A stretch of DNA of 64,000 nt from Eledone cirrhosa (taxonomy: Eukaryota), in assembly GCA_964016885.1 (NCBI GenBank), contig OZ024741.1:219170001-219234000 (forward strand), given 5' to 3'. A program made the position numbers and the translations under genes. Of this stretch, positions 11,293 through 27,782 are shown one piece after another; the first letter of the stretch is position 1; the number at the start of each line of letters is the position of its first letter. The notes below the pieces were generated by a model that had not been told where the DNA came from, ran no database searches, and saw nothing but the letters and a program-made list of their open reading frames with translations.

Positions 11293-11570
11293 TAGACCGG
11301 ATGATGTGTTGTTTCCTTGAGCAAGACACTTTATTTCACATTGCTCCAGTTTACTCAGCTGTAGAAATGAGATGATAGGACTGGGGTCCCTATCATTCCA
11401 CTGCAAAGTGGTCGTGGAGGTGCCATGGCAAAAAAGCACCCAGCACTCTCTGTAAATGAGGTTGGTGTTAGGAAGGGCATCCAGCTGTAGAAATCAAGCC
11501 AGAATCAGTTCCCGTCCCACCCTTGCAAGCAGGGAAAAAGCAGACGTAAAATGATGATGATGATGATGAT
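11293..11570 (+). mobile_element. 5'-truncated SINE (CORE-like body, RTE tail)
   Basis: Near-identical to 8730-9010. Confidence 0.9.
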
Positions 11571-11649
11571 ATATATATATATATGGGTCTTTGGCTTTTA
11601 CTCTGTGTGTGATATGTGTCAGTAATTTAGCTGATCTAACATGAATCAT

Positions 11650-12410
11650 GCTCCCAGTACATTCTGTAAAGTGGTAGTGCTGGTGTCAGGATATAATACA
11701 CCCAGTATACTCTGTAAAGTGGTAGTGTTGGTGTCAGGATATAATACAGCCAGTACACTCTGTCAAGTGGTAGTGTTGGTGTCAGGATATAATACACCCA
11801 GTACACTCTGTAAAGTGGTAGCGTTGGTGCCATTATAAAATACACCCAGTATATTCTTTAAAGTGGTAGTGTTGGTGTCATGATAAAATACATTCAGTAC
11901 ACTCTGTCAAGTGATAGTGTTGGTGCCATGATAACATACACCCAATATACTCTGTCAAGTGGTAGTGTTGGTGTTATGAAACAATACACCCAGTATACTC
12001 TGTCAAGTGGTAGTGTTGGTGGCATGAAACAATACACCCAGTACACTCTGTCAAGCGGTAGTGTTGGTGCCATGATAAAATAAACCCAGTATACTCTGTC
12101 AAGTGGTAATGTTGGTGCCATGATAAAAATACACCCAGTACACTCTGTAAAGTGGTAGTGTTGGTACCCCAATAAAACTGCCAGAACACTGTAAAGAGGT
12201 AGTGTGGTGGCATGATAAAATACACCCAGAAGACTTTGTAATGTGCTTGACATTAGGAAGGGCATCTAGCCATAGAAACCATGTCTAAATATGGATGTTT
12301 GAGCAAAATGAGGTCAGTCTGACATGTCTGGTCCCAGACTATGACAACCCATCTAACCCACACCAGTGTGGAAAGTAAATGTAAAAACTGTTGTTGATGA
12401 TGATGATTAC
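11650..12410 (+). repeat. 48-bp minisatellite (~12 copies, 11650-12240) running into a decayed RTE/SINE tail
   Basis: Unit acacccagtacactctgtaaagtggtagtgttggtgtcaggatataat, then taggaagggcatc..(TGA)n. Confidence 0.85.
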
Positions 12411-12537
12411 ACTGATAAGGATGTATTTGACTTATGAAACAACAGATCAAAGAATATTGATTCCTCTGAATTGTAACATTTATCATCATCACCGTTTTAC
12501 GTCCGTTCTTCCACGCTAGCATGGGTTAGATGGAACA

Positions 12538-12905
12538 GTCAGTAGGCACGTCTAACAAAATACACCCCCGTCCCACTACCCCCACCCCATCCACACCACC
12601 CCTTCAATGTAAAATTATGTTGGTACCACAACATCCAGGCCGAAACAAATGAGGTCGTGTAGGTGTCACGACAAAAAAACACAGTCCACGCTGTAAAATG
12701 TGGCCGTGTAGGTAACACGGTATAAACCTCCCAGTCCCACACTGTAAATGTGGTTGGTGTTAGGAAGGGCATCCAGCTGTAGAAAACCCGCCAGACAGTC
12801 CTATGCGAGCAAGACAACCACTCTTGCCTCAAGGGGGAAAACTCCCGTCCAAACCCATGCAAGCGTGGAATATGGACGTTAAACGATGATGATGATGATG
12901 ATGAT
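12538..12905 (+). mobile_element. RTE LINE 3' UTR-only insertion
   Basis: Colinear with the reverse complement of 1862-2245; (TGA)n tail. Confidence 0.85.
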
Positions 12906-12910
12906 CAGTG

Positions 12911-12971
12911 TTTCCATGCCAGGAATCGAACCCGGCCCACCTAGGTGAAAGCCAGGAATCCTAACCACTAG
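12911..12971 (-). pseudogene. 5'-truncated tRNA-Glu(TTC) pseudogene
   Basis: Minus strand ctagtggttaggattcctgg-ctTTCac-ctaggtgggccgggttcgattcctggcatggaaa: D arm remnant, anticodon arm and T arm present; 5' acceptor strand missing. Confidence 0.75.
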
Positions 12972-13039
12972 TTATATTAACTTTAATGGGCCGCTCACTT
13001 CCAGCAACATATCATTTTAATAACTATGGTAATAACAAC

Positions 13040-13872
13040 GATGATTTCTAATATAGGAATAAGGCCAGCAATTTTGGGGGAGAGGAAAGTTGATTGAATT
13101 AACCTCAGTGTATTACTGGTACCTTATTTTATCGAACCCTTAAGGATGAAAAGTATAGCAAAACTTGGTGGGATTTGAACTTAGAATGTTAAAGGGGCGT
13201 AACTCTATGCCACAAAGCATGTTGTCCGATGCTCTACCGATACTGTCAATCAACTGCCCTAATAATGATAATAATTGTTTCTACTTTTGACACAAGGCCA
13301 GCAATTATCCCAGTGTATTACTGGTACTTTGTTTTATCGACCCCATACGGATGAAAGGCAAAGTTAACCTCGGTGGGATTTGAACTCAGACGGTAAAGGG
13401 GCGTAACTCTATGCAACAAAGCATGGCGTCCGACCCTCTACCGATACTGCCAATCCCTCAATGATAATAATGATTTCTACTATAGGTACAAGGTAATTTG
13501 AGGGGGAGGGGGATTGATTAAATTGAAGCCCCACTGCATTACTGGTACTTTATTTTATTGACCTCGTAAAGATGAAAGGCAAGGCTAACCTCTGTGGAAT
13601 TTGAGCTCAGAATGTAAAGGGCCGTAACTCTATGCTGCAAAGCATGCTGTCTGATGCTCTACCGATTACCGCCAATAATAACAACAATAATTGTTTCTAC
13701 TTTTGGCACAAGGCCAGAAATTATCCCAGTACATTACTGGTACTTTATTTTATGGACCCCGTAAGGATGAAAGGCAAAGTTAACCTCGACGGGATTTAAA
13801 CTCAGAATGGCAAGGGCCGTAACTCTATATGTCAAAGCATGGTATCTGACGCTCTACCGATTCTGCCAATAA
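13040..13872 (-). mobile_element. Cluster of four tRNA-derived SINEs with Meta/MESC-like central domain
   Basis: Repeated gagttcaaatcccgccgaggttaactttgcctttcatccttacggggtcgataaaataaagtaccag and tail ggccttgtgcc..tagaaac(att)n on the minus strand. Domain name is from recollection. Confidence 0.85.
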
Positions 13873-14017
13873 TTATAACAAAAATAATCTCTGGTTTGAT
13901 GTAGCTTTAGACTAATCTGAGTGTCGCATAGTTACTGGAGGTGAGTGTGGTGGTGGTGGGGGGGGGGTATCTTTCTTTGGTGTCCCTTCTTTCTCACATC
14001 ACAGTACCAGTACCCTC

Positions 14018-14505
14018 ACACCAGCACCACCAGCACCAGCACCAGCACCACCACCACCAGCACCAGCACCAGCACCAACACCAGCACCAACACCACCACC
14101 ACCACCTCAACACCACCACCACCGCCGCCACCACCAGCACCACCGCCACCACCACCGCCACCACCGCCACCACCTCAACACCACCACCAACACCACCACC
14201 ACCACCGCCACCACCAGCACCACTGCCACCACCACCGCCACCATCGCCACCACCGCCACCACCGCCACCACCAGCACCAGCACCACCACCACCACCACCG
14301 CCACCACCAGCACCACCTCAACACCACCACCAACACCACCACCACCACCGCCACCACCAGCACCACCGCCACCACCGCCACCACCGCCACCACCAGCACC
14401 AGCACCACCACCACCACCATCACCACCACCACCACTGCAAGCACCAGCACCAGCACCACCACCAGCACCACCAGCACCACCACCACCACCACCACCACCG
14501 CAAGC

Positions 14506-14536
<31 letters not shown>

Positions 14537-14553
14537 CCGCCACCACCAGAAGC

Positions 14554-14584
<31 letters not shown>

Positions 14585-15650
14585 CCGCCACCACCACCGC
14601 CACCACCGCCACCACCAGCACCACCAGCACCACCACCACCACCACCACCATCACGACCACCACCACCACCGCCACCACCACCAGCACAACCACCACAGTC
14701 CTTGACAATGCTAAGATGTTATGTGACTTTATAGAAAGGGCAAAGTAGCTGTCAAGTAATATGAAAGCATTGCCTCATCATCACCACCATTATCACCACC
14801 ACCATCACCATCACCACCACCATCATCACCATCATCACCACCATCACCATCATCATCACCACCATCACCACCATCATCATCACCATCATCACCACCATCA
14901 CCATCATCATCACCATCATCATCACCATCATCACCATCATCACCACCATCACCACCATCATCATCACCATCATCACCACCATCATCACCATCATTACCAC
15001 CATTATCACCACCATCATCACCATCACCACCATCATCACCACCATCATCACCACCATCATCACCACCATCACCACCATCATCACCACCATCATCAACATC
15101 ATCACCACCATCATCAACATCATCACCATCATCACCACCATCATCAACATCATCACCACCATCATCACCACCATCATCACCACCATCATCACCATCACCA
15201 CCATCATCATCACCATCACCACCATCATCACCACCATCATCACCATCATCACCATCATCACCACCATCACCATCATCACCACCATCATCACCATCATCAC
15301 CATCATCACCACCATCATCACCATCATCACCATCATTACCACCATCATCACCACCATCATCACCACCATCATCACCATCATCACCATCATCACCACCATC
15401 ATCAACATCATCACCACCATCATCATCACCATCATCACCACCATCATCAACATCATCAACATCATCACCACCATCAACATCATCACCACCATCATCACCA
15501 CCATCATCAACATCATCACCACCATCATCAAGATCATCATCATCATCATCATCACCATCATTATCATTCTAATTATGATCACAACCACCAACATCATCAC
15601 AATAATCATCATCATCACCATCATAATGATCATTATTAACATCATCATTA
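14018..15650. repeat. (CCA)n/(CAT)n compound trinucleotide microsatellites
   Basis: Direct reading; blocks 14018-14696 and 14776-15650. Confidence 0.95.
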
Positions 15651-15651
15651 T

Positions 15652-15845
15652 GGCGGTGGATTGGCAGTACAGGTAGAGGGTCGGATGCCATGCTTTCCAG
15701 CATAGAGTTACGTCCCTTTACGATCTGAGTGTTCAAATCCCGCCGAGGTTGACTTTGCCTTTCATCCTTACGGGGTCGATAAAATAAAGTACCAGTAATG
15801 CACTGGGTAATTGCTGGCCTTGTGCCTAAAGTAGAAACAATTATT
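15652..15845 (+). mobile_element. Meta-like SINE
   Basis: ggcggtggattggcag..gttcaaatcccgccgagg..gtcgataaaataaagtaccag..ggccttgtgcctaaagtagaaacaattatt. Confidence 0.9.
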
Positions 15846-15849
15846 AACA

Positions 15850-18800
15850 TCATCATTGCCACCACCTCCATCACCACCACAATCATCACCACCACCACCA
15901 CCACCACCACCACCACCACCACCACCACCATCACCACCACCACAATCACCACCACCACCACAATCACCACCACCACCACACCCATCACCACCACCATCAT
16001 CACCACCACCACAATCACCACCACCACCACCACCATCATCACCACCACCATCACACCCATCACCACCACCACACCCACCACAATCACCACCACAATCACC
16101 ACTACCACCACCACCACCACCATCATCACCACCACCATCACACCCATCACCACCACCACACCCACCACCACCACCACCACAATCACCACTACCACCACCA
16201 CCACCACCACCACCACCACCACCACCACCATCATCACCATCACCATCACCACCACAATCACCACCACCACCACCACCACCACCACAATCATCACCACCAC
16301 CATCACACCCATCACCACCACCACCACCATCATCACCACCACCATCACACCCATCACCACCACCACACCCACCACCACCACCACCACAATCACCACTACC
16401 ACCACCACCACCACCACCACCACCACCACCACCACCACCACCATCATCACCATCACCATCACCACCACAATCACCACCACCACCACCACCACCACCACCA
16501 CCATCATCACCACCACCATCACACCCATCACCACCACCACCACCATCATCACCACCACCACAATCACCACTACCACCACCACCACTACCACCACCACAAT
16601 CACCACCACCACCACAATCACCACCACCACCACCACAACCACCACCACCACCAGCACCACCACCATCATCACCACCACCATCACACCCATCACCACCACC
16701 ACACCCACCACCACCACCACCACAATCACCACCACCACCACCACCACCACCACCACCACCACCACCACCACCACCACCACCACCACCACCATCATCACCA
16801 CCACCACCACCATCATCACCACCACCACAATCACCACCACCACCACAATCACCACCACCACCACCACCACCACCACCACCACCACCATCATCACCACCAC
16901 CATCACACCCATCACCACCACCACCACCATCATCACCACCACCACAATCACCACTACCACCACCACCACTACCACCACCACCACCACCACCACCACCACC
17001 ACCACCACCACTACAATCACCACCACCACCACAATCACCACCACCACCACCACCACCACCACCATCATCACCACCACCATCACACCCATCACCACCACCA
17101 CACCCACCACCACCACCACCACAATCACCACTACCACCACCACCACCACCACCACCACCACCATCATCACCATCACCATCACACCCATCACCACCACAAT
17201 CACCACCACCACCACCACCACCACCACCACCATCATCACCACCACCATCACACCCATCACCACCACCACCACCACCATCATCACCACAAACATCACACCC
17301 ATCACCACCACCACCACCACCACCACCACCACCACCACCACCACCACCACCACCATCATCACCACCACCATCACACCCATCACCACCACCACCACCACCA
17401 TCATCACCATCACCATCACACCCATCACCACCACCACCACCACCACAATCACCACTACCACCACCACCACCACCACCATCATCACCACCACCATCACACC
17501 CATCACCACCACAACCACCACCACCACCACCACCACCACCACCATCATCACCACCACCACCACCACCACAATCACCACCAACACCACCACCACCACCATC
17601 ATCACCATCACCATCACACCCATCACCACCACCACCACCACCACAATCACCACCACCACCACCACCACCACCACCACCACCACAATCACCACCACCACCA
17701 CCACCACCACCACCACCACCATCATCATCACCACCACCACCACCACCACAATCACCACCAACACCACCACCACCACCACCATCATCACCACCACCACCAC
17801 CACCACCACCACCACCACCACCACCACCACCACCACCATCATCACCACCACCATCACACCCATCACCACCACCACCACCACCACCATCATCACCACCACC
17901 ATCACACCCATCACCACCACCACCACCACCACAATCACCATCATCACTACCACCATCACACCCATCACCACCACCACCACCACCACAATCACCACCACAA
18001 TCACAACACCACCACCACCACCATCATCACCACCACCATCACACCCATCACCACCACCACCACCACCACAATCACCATCATCACTACCCCCCCCCCCCCC
18101 CATCACCACCACCACCACCACCACAATCACCACCAACACCACCACCACCACCATCATCACTACCCCCATCACCCCCCCCCCATCACACTACCACCACCAC
18201 CACCCTCACCACCATCACCACCACCATCACCACCACCATCACACCCATCACCATCACCACCATCATCACCATATTCTCACATGAAGGAAAAGTTAAGTGT
18301 GAGAAGAGATCACTCACTGATGTCCCTGACAGGAGGTGGTGGCGGTGGTGGTGGTGGTGGTGATGGTGGTGATGGTGGTGTTTGTGATGGTTGTGGTTGT
18401 TGTGGTGGTGGTGCTAGTGTTGGTGGTGTTTGTGGTGGTTGTAGTTGTGGTTGTGGTGGTGCTGGTGGTGTTTGTGGAGGTTGTGGTGGTTGTGGTGGTG
18501 GTGGTGGTGCTAGTGGTGGTGGTGGTGGTTGTGGTGGTAGTGTTGGTGGTGTTTGTGGTGGTTGTGGTGGTGGTTGTGGTTGTGGTGGTGTTTGTGGAGG
18601 TTGTGGTGGTTGTGGTGGTGGTGGTGGTGGTGGTGTTTGTGGTGGTGGTTGTGGTGGTGGTGTTGGTGGTGTTTGTGGTGGTTGTGGTGGTGGTTGTGGT
18701 TGTGGTGGTGTTTGTGGAGGTTGTGGTGGTTGTGGTGGTGGTGGTGGTGGTGGTGTTTGTGGTGGTGGTTGTGGTGGTGGTGTTGGTGGTGTTTGTGGTG

Positions 18801-19076
18801 GTTGTGGTGGTGGTTGTGGTGGTGGTTGTGGTGGTGGTTGTGGTGGTGGTTGTGGTGGTGGTTGTGGTGGTGGTTGTGGTGGCGGTTGTGGTGTTTGTGG
18901 TGGTGGTTGTGGTGGTGGTGTTGGTGGTTGTGGTGGTGGTTGTGGTTGTGATGGTGTTTGTGGAGGGTGTGGTGGTTGTGGTGGTGGTGGTGGTGGTGGT
19001 GTTTGTGGTGGTGGTTGTGGTGGTGTTTGTGGTGGTGGTTGTGGTGGTGGTTGTGGTGGTGGTTGTGGTGGTGGTT
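15850..19076. repeat. (CAC)n array 15850-18271 facing an opposite-orientation (GTG)n array 18335-19076
   Basis: Direct reading; ~65-bp unique spacer. Confidence 0.95.
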
Positions 19077-19172
19077 GATAGTAAGGATTTTAAATATTTT
19101 GGTTTACTAATAAACACTCGTTATCTAATGTACTACAGCCACTACTGCAACTGCTACTACTAGTTCAACTAT

Positions 19173-19203
<31 letters not shown>

Positions 19204-19329
19204 GCTACTACTACTACTAAGGACTATAACAGTTTAAATAATTTGGTTTACTAATAAACACTGTTATCTAATGTATTGGTATTTAATGTAGCGAATTGGT
19301 TAATTTCGGTTGGCAGATGTATGTCTGCT

Positions 19330-20236
19330 TCTGTACACATATATACATATATGTACGCATACATACATATTGTACACATACATACATATATGTACACATA
19401 CATACATATCTGTACACATACATACATATCTGTACACATACATATATATATGTACACATATATATATGTATCTGTACAGATATGTATGTATGTGTACATA
19501 TATGTATATATGTGTACACATACATATATATATATGTACACATATATACATATATGTACACATACATACATATCTGTACACATACATACATATATATACA
19601 TATACATACATATCTGTACACATACATACATATCTGTACACATACATACATATATGTACTCATACATACATATATGTACACATACATACATATATGTACA
19701 CATACATACATATCTGTACACATACATATATGAACACATACATATATGAACACATACATACACACATACACACATCTGCACACATACACTCATACACACA
19801 TATATGCACACACACACACGCATATGCACACATACACACATATATGCACACATACACACACATACACTCATATATGCACACACGCATACACACATACATG
19901 CACACACACTCACACATACTAATGCTCACACATTCTAACACTCTCACACACTCATACAGACACACTTATACACACATATGCACACATACGCATATTCACA
20001 TACACATATACAAATACTTATTCACACACATACACAAACATTCACTCAGTGACATCCACACATACACTCACACACGTGACCCACTTACTCTCTCACTCAC
20101 ACACATGTGCATATACATGCACATACATATACTAACGCATACATACACTAACACATACATACACTCACACACATGCACCCACATACACTCACCCACACAC
20201 ACACACATTTACACACACATACACATACACACGCAC

Positions 20237-20272
<36 letters not shown>

Positions 20273-20328
20273 TCACCCACACACACATACACACACACAT
20301 ACACACACTCATACACACATATATATAA
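19330..20328. repeat. (TACA)n/(CA)n degenerate micro/minisatellite
   Basis: Units such as tgtacacatacatacatatc grading into (CA)n. Confidence 0.9.
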
Positions 20329-20349
20329 ATAGTAAAAATGTATTTTCCT

Positions 20350-21050
20350 TGACAAAATTACTGTATATGGTTGATGATTGTTGGGTGAAGAAGTGACAAG
20401 AAATCCCAGTGGAAGGAAGCTGCAGTGGAGGAAGACCAAGGAAGGCCTGGGCAGAGGTTGTAGGAGCTGATTTCAAGTCACTGAAAATCTCAGTAACGAA
20501 GGACCACGACAAGTGGAGAGATGCTGCGTTGGAAAGGACCTATCTAACACATGAGTGGCGGGATGTTGTGCTGGAAAGGGAAGGACCGCGATGAGTGGAG
20601 GGATGTTGTGCTGGAAAGGGAAGGACCGCGATGAGTGTAGGGATGTTGTGCTGGAAAGGGAAGGACCACGATGAGTGTAGGGATGTTGTGCTGGAAAGGG
20701 AAGGACCACGATGAGTGGAGAGATGCTGTGCTGGGAAGGACCTGTCTAACCCATGAGTGGAGGGTTGTTGTGTTGGAAAGGACCTGTCTAACCCATGAGT
20801 GGAGGGTTGTTGTGTTGGAAAGGACCTGTCTAACCCATGAGTGGAGAGATACTGTGTTGGAAAGGACCTGTCTAACACATGAGTGGAGGGATACTGTGTT
20901 GGAAAGGACCTGTCTAACACATGAGTGGAGGGATACTGTGTTGGAAAGGACCTGTCTAACACATGAGTGGAGGGATACTGTGTTGGAAAGGACCTGTCTA
21001 ACACATGCAAGTGTGGTAAAAAAGGGCAATGATGGAGATGATGGTGATAT
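20350..21050 (+). mobile_element. RTE 3' end with tandem amplification of the last ORF2 codons (40-bp x4, 42-bp x~7)
   Basis: EGSCSGGRPRKAWAEVV..DHDKWRDAALERT followed by repeats translating HEWRDTVLERTCLT, then catgcaagtgtgg tail. Confidence 0.85.
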
Positions 21051-21379
21051 AGGATTTGGAAGGACATTCAGCCATAGAAAGCATGTGGAATGGGAACATA
21101 TGAACAAGATGTGGGGTATCTGGCATCTGGAGCATTAAGGTTCTTACTCTTGGATTTCAAATAATTGTCCTCCCCATTCTTATTCCACCCCATCTATCTC
21201 TGGCGAAATTCATTAAAAAATAAATAGGATGGGTTGGAGCTCTCAATATGTAAACTAAATGACTAATTCTGTTTTTTTTTTTTAAATCAACAGAGGTACC
21301 CTAGAAAAAATAACCCCCCACTCCTCAGTTTATTACTTTTATTTAGGACATGAGAGTATATAAAATTCTGATGGAAGGT

Positions 21380-22140
21380 TTTTAAATAAATATAAATAAA
21401 AGGTTTCTCCATATGAATGAAATGTCAGCTGTATGATATGAAGTGCCATGCTGCATGGTAGTGAGACATGGGCAGTTAACATTGAGGATATACAGAGGCT
21501 GGAGACAAATGAGGCAAACATGCTTCGATGGACGTGCAATGTTATATGTAAGAACAACAAGGCATGGATGAACTGAGAGAGAAACTAGGTATAAGAGGAA
21601 CCAGAAGTTGTGTGTAGGAGAGAAGACTGTGTAGATCTGGGCATGTGCTGTGCATGGAGGACAATCACTGGGTGAAGAAGTGCCAAGTAATACCAGTTTT
21701 GGGGGGAGGCTGCAGTAGAGGAAGACCATGGAAGACCTGGATGGAAGTGGTGAGAGCTGATCTCAAATTACTAAAGCTCATTGAGGAGATGACAAAGGAA
21801 TGTGACAAGGACCTGTCCAATCCATGTGAATGTGGAACAATGGACATAAACTGATGATGATGATGATGATGATGATGACTTTAAAATAAACAGTTTAGTG
21901 GAAGAGGTGCCAAGTAATACCAGTTTTGGAAGAGGCTGTGGTAGAGGAAGGCCAAGGAAGAGCTGGATGGAAGTGGTGAGAGTTGATCTCAAATTGCTAA
22001 AGCTCACAGAGGAGATGACAAAGGAATGTGACAAGGGGAGAGATGCTGAAACTGACAAGGATGCATCCAACCCATGCTAGTGTGGAACAGTGGATATAAA
22101 ATGATGATGATGATGAAGATGATGATGATGATGACGACTT
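21380..22140 (+). mobile_element. Decayed RTE 3' fragments (3' end duplicated)
   Basis: AMLHGSETWA..RGRPWKTWMEVVR twice, each ending in (TGA)n. Confidence 0.8.
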
Positions 22141-22259
22141 TAAAATAAACAGTAGAACCAGTAAAGGTTTCAGATAGTTTGGTATCAAAGGTTTTAATCA
22201 ACCATGTGGAACCTCCCGCCACCCCCTCTGTTGTCTTAGTGCCTCCTCTTCTGCCAGGA

Positions 22260-22955
22260 ACAACATTGCCTTTAATCCTCTCAAGGTCAGTAAACTAAAG
22301 TACCAGTCATATACTTGGGTCCATATAATCCACTTTCCTCACCCTCCCCACAAACTGTTGGCCTTGTACCTTAATTAGAAACTATTATTTAGGGCGGTGG
22401 ATTGGCAGTATTGGTAGAGGGTTGGACGCCATGCTTTCCAGCATAGAGTTACGGCACTTTATGATCTGAGTTCAAATCCTGCCGAGGTTAACTTTGCCCT
22501 TCATCCTTACGGGGTCGATAAAATAAAGTACCAGTAATACACTGGGATAATTGCTGGTCTTGTGCCAATAGTAGAAACAATTATTACCCTGTTGGAGGGC
22601 AGTGGATGGGCAGAATCAGTAGAGCGTCGGGCAACATACTTTGTGACATAGAATTATGTCCCTTTACGTTCTGAGTTTAAATCATTGCCGAGGTTTTGCT
22701 TTTCATCCTTACAGGGGCCAATAAAATAAAGTACCAGTAATGCACTGGGGTCGATTTCGACTTTCTCTTTCACCCAAAATTTCTTGGCCTCAGCCTAAAT
22801 CAGAAAACATTATATAGTTACGTCCCTTTACGATCTGAGTTCAAATCCCGTCGAGGTTGACTTTGCCTTTCATCCTTCCGGGGTTGATAAAATAAAGTAC
22901 CAGTAATGCACTGAGTAATTGCTGGCCTTGTGCCTAAAGTAGAAACAATTATTAC
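22260..22955 (+). mobile_element. Cluster of ~4 Meta-like SINEs
   Basis: Repeated tcatccttacggggtcgataaaataaagtaccag and ggccttgtgcc tails. Confidence 0.85.
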
Positions 22956-23689
22956 ACTTCTGATCATTCAGATTTGTCTATGGTGATGATGATGATGATG
23001 ATAAAGAAAAAGGGGGAGGGGGAGGAGGCGGCGAAGTAGATCTCATAAAAATGTTAAAAATGTCAAGTAGATGTTTCTTGTTAGACAATAAATAGAAATT
23101 AGTAATTGTTGTAGGGGTGGTGGTGGTGGTGATAGTGGTGGTAGTGGTAGTGGTAGTAGTAGTGGTGGTGGTGGTGGTGGTGGTGGTGGTGGTGGTAGTT
23201 GTGGTAGTGGCAGTAGTGTTGGTGGTGGTAGAGGTGGTAGTGGTTGTGGTGGTAGTGGTGGTAGTAGTCATACCTGGATTAATGTTGCTTAATGGTGGTG
23301 GTAGTTGTGTTGGTGGTGGTGATGGTGGGGATTTGAGTAGTTGTGGTAGTGGCAGTGGTAGTGATGATTGTAATAATTGTAGTGGTGGTGGTGGTGGTAG
23401 TAATGATTGTAATAGTTGTAGTAATTGTGGTCGTGGTGATTGTAATAGTTGTGGTGGTAAATCAGCATTTAAACATGTTTTATATTGAGGAACCTGACAG
23501 ACATATGGGACACTTGATGTTATTGTCAGTTATTTCTTATAAAGGACAAACTACCACCACCACCACCACCACCACTACTACTACTACTACTATTACTGCT
23601 ACCACCACCACTTCCATCACTACCCCTACTACACCCACTACCACCACCACCACCAACCATTGGTATATAGGAGTTTCCATATGCAGAGA

Positions 23690-24050
23690 GTTTTAAACTC
23701 TTCTGTTATAGCCTAGAGAATGATAATAAATAAGAGAGGACTAAGAACAGAACTCTGGTGGACCCCTACTTCCATGTTAAACCCTTCTATAATCATGGTT
23801 AATTCTAACCTCTACGACTGTACCTCTATACATGGCTTATACTGCCCTCACAAGCCACTCTTCTACCCACAATTTCCTATGAACCCACCAGATTATGGAA
23901 CAGGGGAATCTGTCAAATGCTTTCTCCAGGTCAACAAATACCAAGTAGAGGGGTTTACTTTTAGCTTGGCACTTCTCCTGAAGTTGCCTCACAAGGTAGA
24001 GAACATCAGTGGTACTTTTACCTGTCATAAATCTGAACTACATCTCATCA
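23690..24050 (-). mobile_element. Decayed RTE RT fragment
   Basis: GKSTTDVLYLVRQLQEK..FVDLEKAFDR..WLVRAV..GVHQ. Confidence 0.85.
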
Positions 24051-24114
24051 CATATATCTGTGTGTCTGTGTATATGTGTATGCATATTTATGTATATATA
24101 TATATGTATATAGA

Positions 24115-25112
24115 TGGGGATTGGCAGAATTGGTAGAGTGATGGACAAAATGCTTTGTGACATAATCAATTTACTTTCTGAGTTCAAATCTCACCTGGGT
24201 TTAATTTTGCCATTCATCCTTACAGGTTTGATAAAATAAGGTACCAGTCAAGTACTGGGGTTGATATAGTTGACTTTACTGTTTCCCCAAACCCTGGCCT
24301 TGTGCCTATGTCAGAAAGAATAACCATCTGTATTAGTAGCAGTAAAAGTTAAGGGCAGAATCAGTAGAGCACCGGACAAAATGCTTTTCAGTATTTGGTT
24401 ATAACTTTCTACATTCTGAGTTGAAATCCTGCTGAGGTCAAGTTTGACTTTCATCCTTCCGGGGTCGATAAAATATAGTACCAGTTAAATACTGGTGTTG
24501 ATATAATCCACTTTCCCCTTCACCCAACTTGTTAGTCTTGTGCCTAAGATTGGCAGTATTGGTAGAACATCAGACAACATGTTGTGTGGCATTGAGTTAT
24601 GGCCCTTTATGTTCTGTGTTCAAATCCCGCCGAGGTTATCTTTGCTTTCATCCTTATGGGGTCGATAAAATAAAGTACCAGTAACACAAGGGGCTCGATT
24701 TATTCCATTTTCCCCTCTCCAAAATTTGTTGGCCTTGTACCTAAATCAGAAACCATTATTATTATCATTGAGTTCAAATCCCGCCAAGGTTAACTTTGCC
24801 TTTCATCCTTACGAGGTCGATAAAATAGAGTACCAGTAATGTACTGGGTAATTGCTGGCCTTGTGCCGAAAGTAGAAACAATTATTATTATCATTATTTT
24901 GGCAGAATCGGTAGAGCGTCGGACACTATGCTTTGTAGTGTAGTTACACCACTTTACATTCTGAGTTCAAATCCCGCCGAGGTTAGCTTTGGCTTTTATC
25001 CTTACAGGGTCGATAAAATAAAGTACCAGTAACACACTGGGTCGGTTTAATCGACTTTCCCCTCACCCCTCACCCCAAATTGCTGGCCTTGTGCCTATAC
25101 TAGAAAACATTA
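24115..25112 (+). mobile_element. Cluster of ~5 Meta-like SINEs
   Basis: Head-to-tail copies of the same SINE. Confidence 0.85.
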
Positions 25113-25367
25113 ATAGTAGTAGTTGTAGAAGCAGCAGCAGCAGCAGTAGTAGTGGTAGTAGTAGTGGTAGTAGTAGTGGTAGTAGTAGTTGTAGCAGCAG
25201 CAGCAGCAGCAGTAGTAGTGGTAGTATAAGCCATATTGCCAAATATTTGCTGTTCTGGGGTGACTTAGGACAAATCCATGGCACTAACTCTTTCCAAACA
25301 GGAATTTATTTAACTGTTACAAAAACAACAGCAATAATAAAACAACAACAATAACAAAAAAGCCATA

Positions 25368-25416
<49 letters not shown>

Positions 25417-25507
25417 ATTTGAAGGGCAGCAAACAATTTTAAGAGGTCAATGACCTCAAACAGTCCCAGTAAAATTGGCAACCCTAAAAATGGCCATTTC
25501 CTGTTCA

Positions 25508-27700
<2,193 letters not shown>

Positions 27701-27782
27701 TGTTGCAATCATCATCACAGTGATTCCTTTCATCAGTGTCATTGTTACCACCAAAACCACCACCACTATCACCATATATGTT

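Noticed and set aside
13941-19163. Long poly-His/Thr/Pro/Val/Gly-Cys ORFs resembling extensins, mucins or keratin-associated proteins
   Set aside because: Stop-free trinucleotide microsatellites open in most frames on both strands; no unique coding context.
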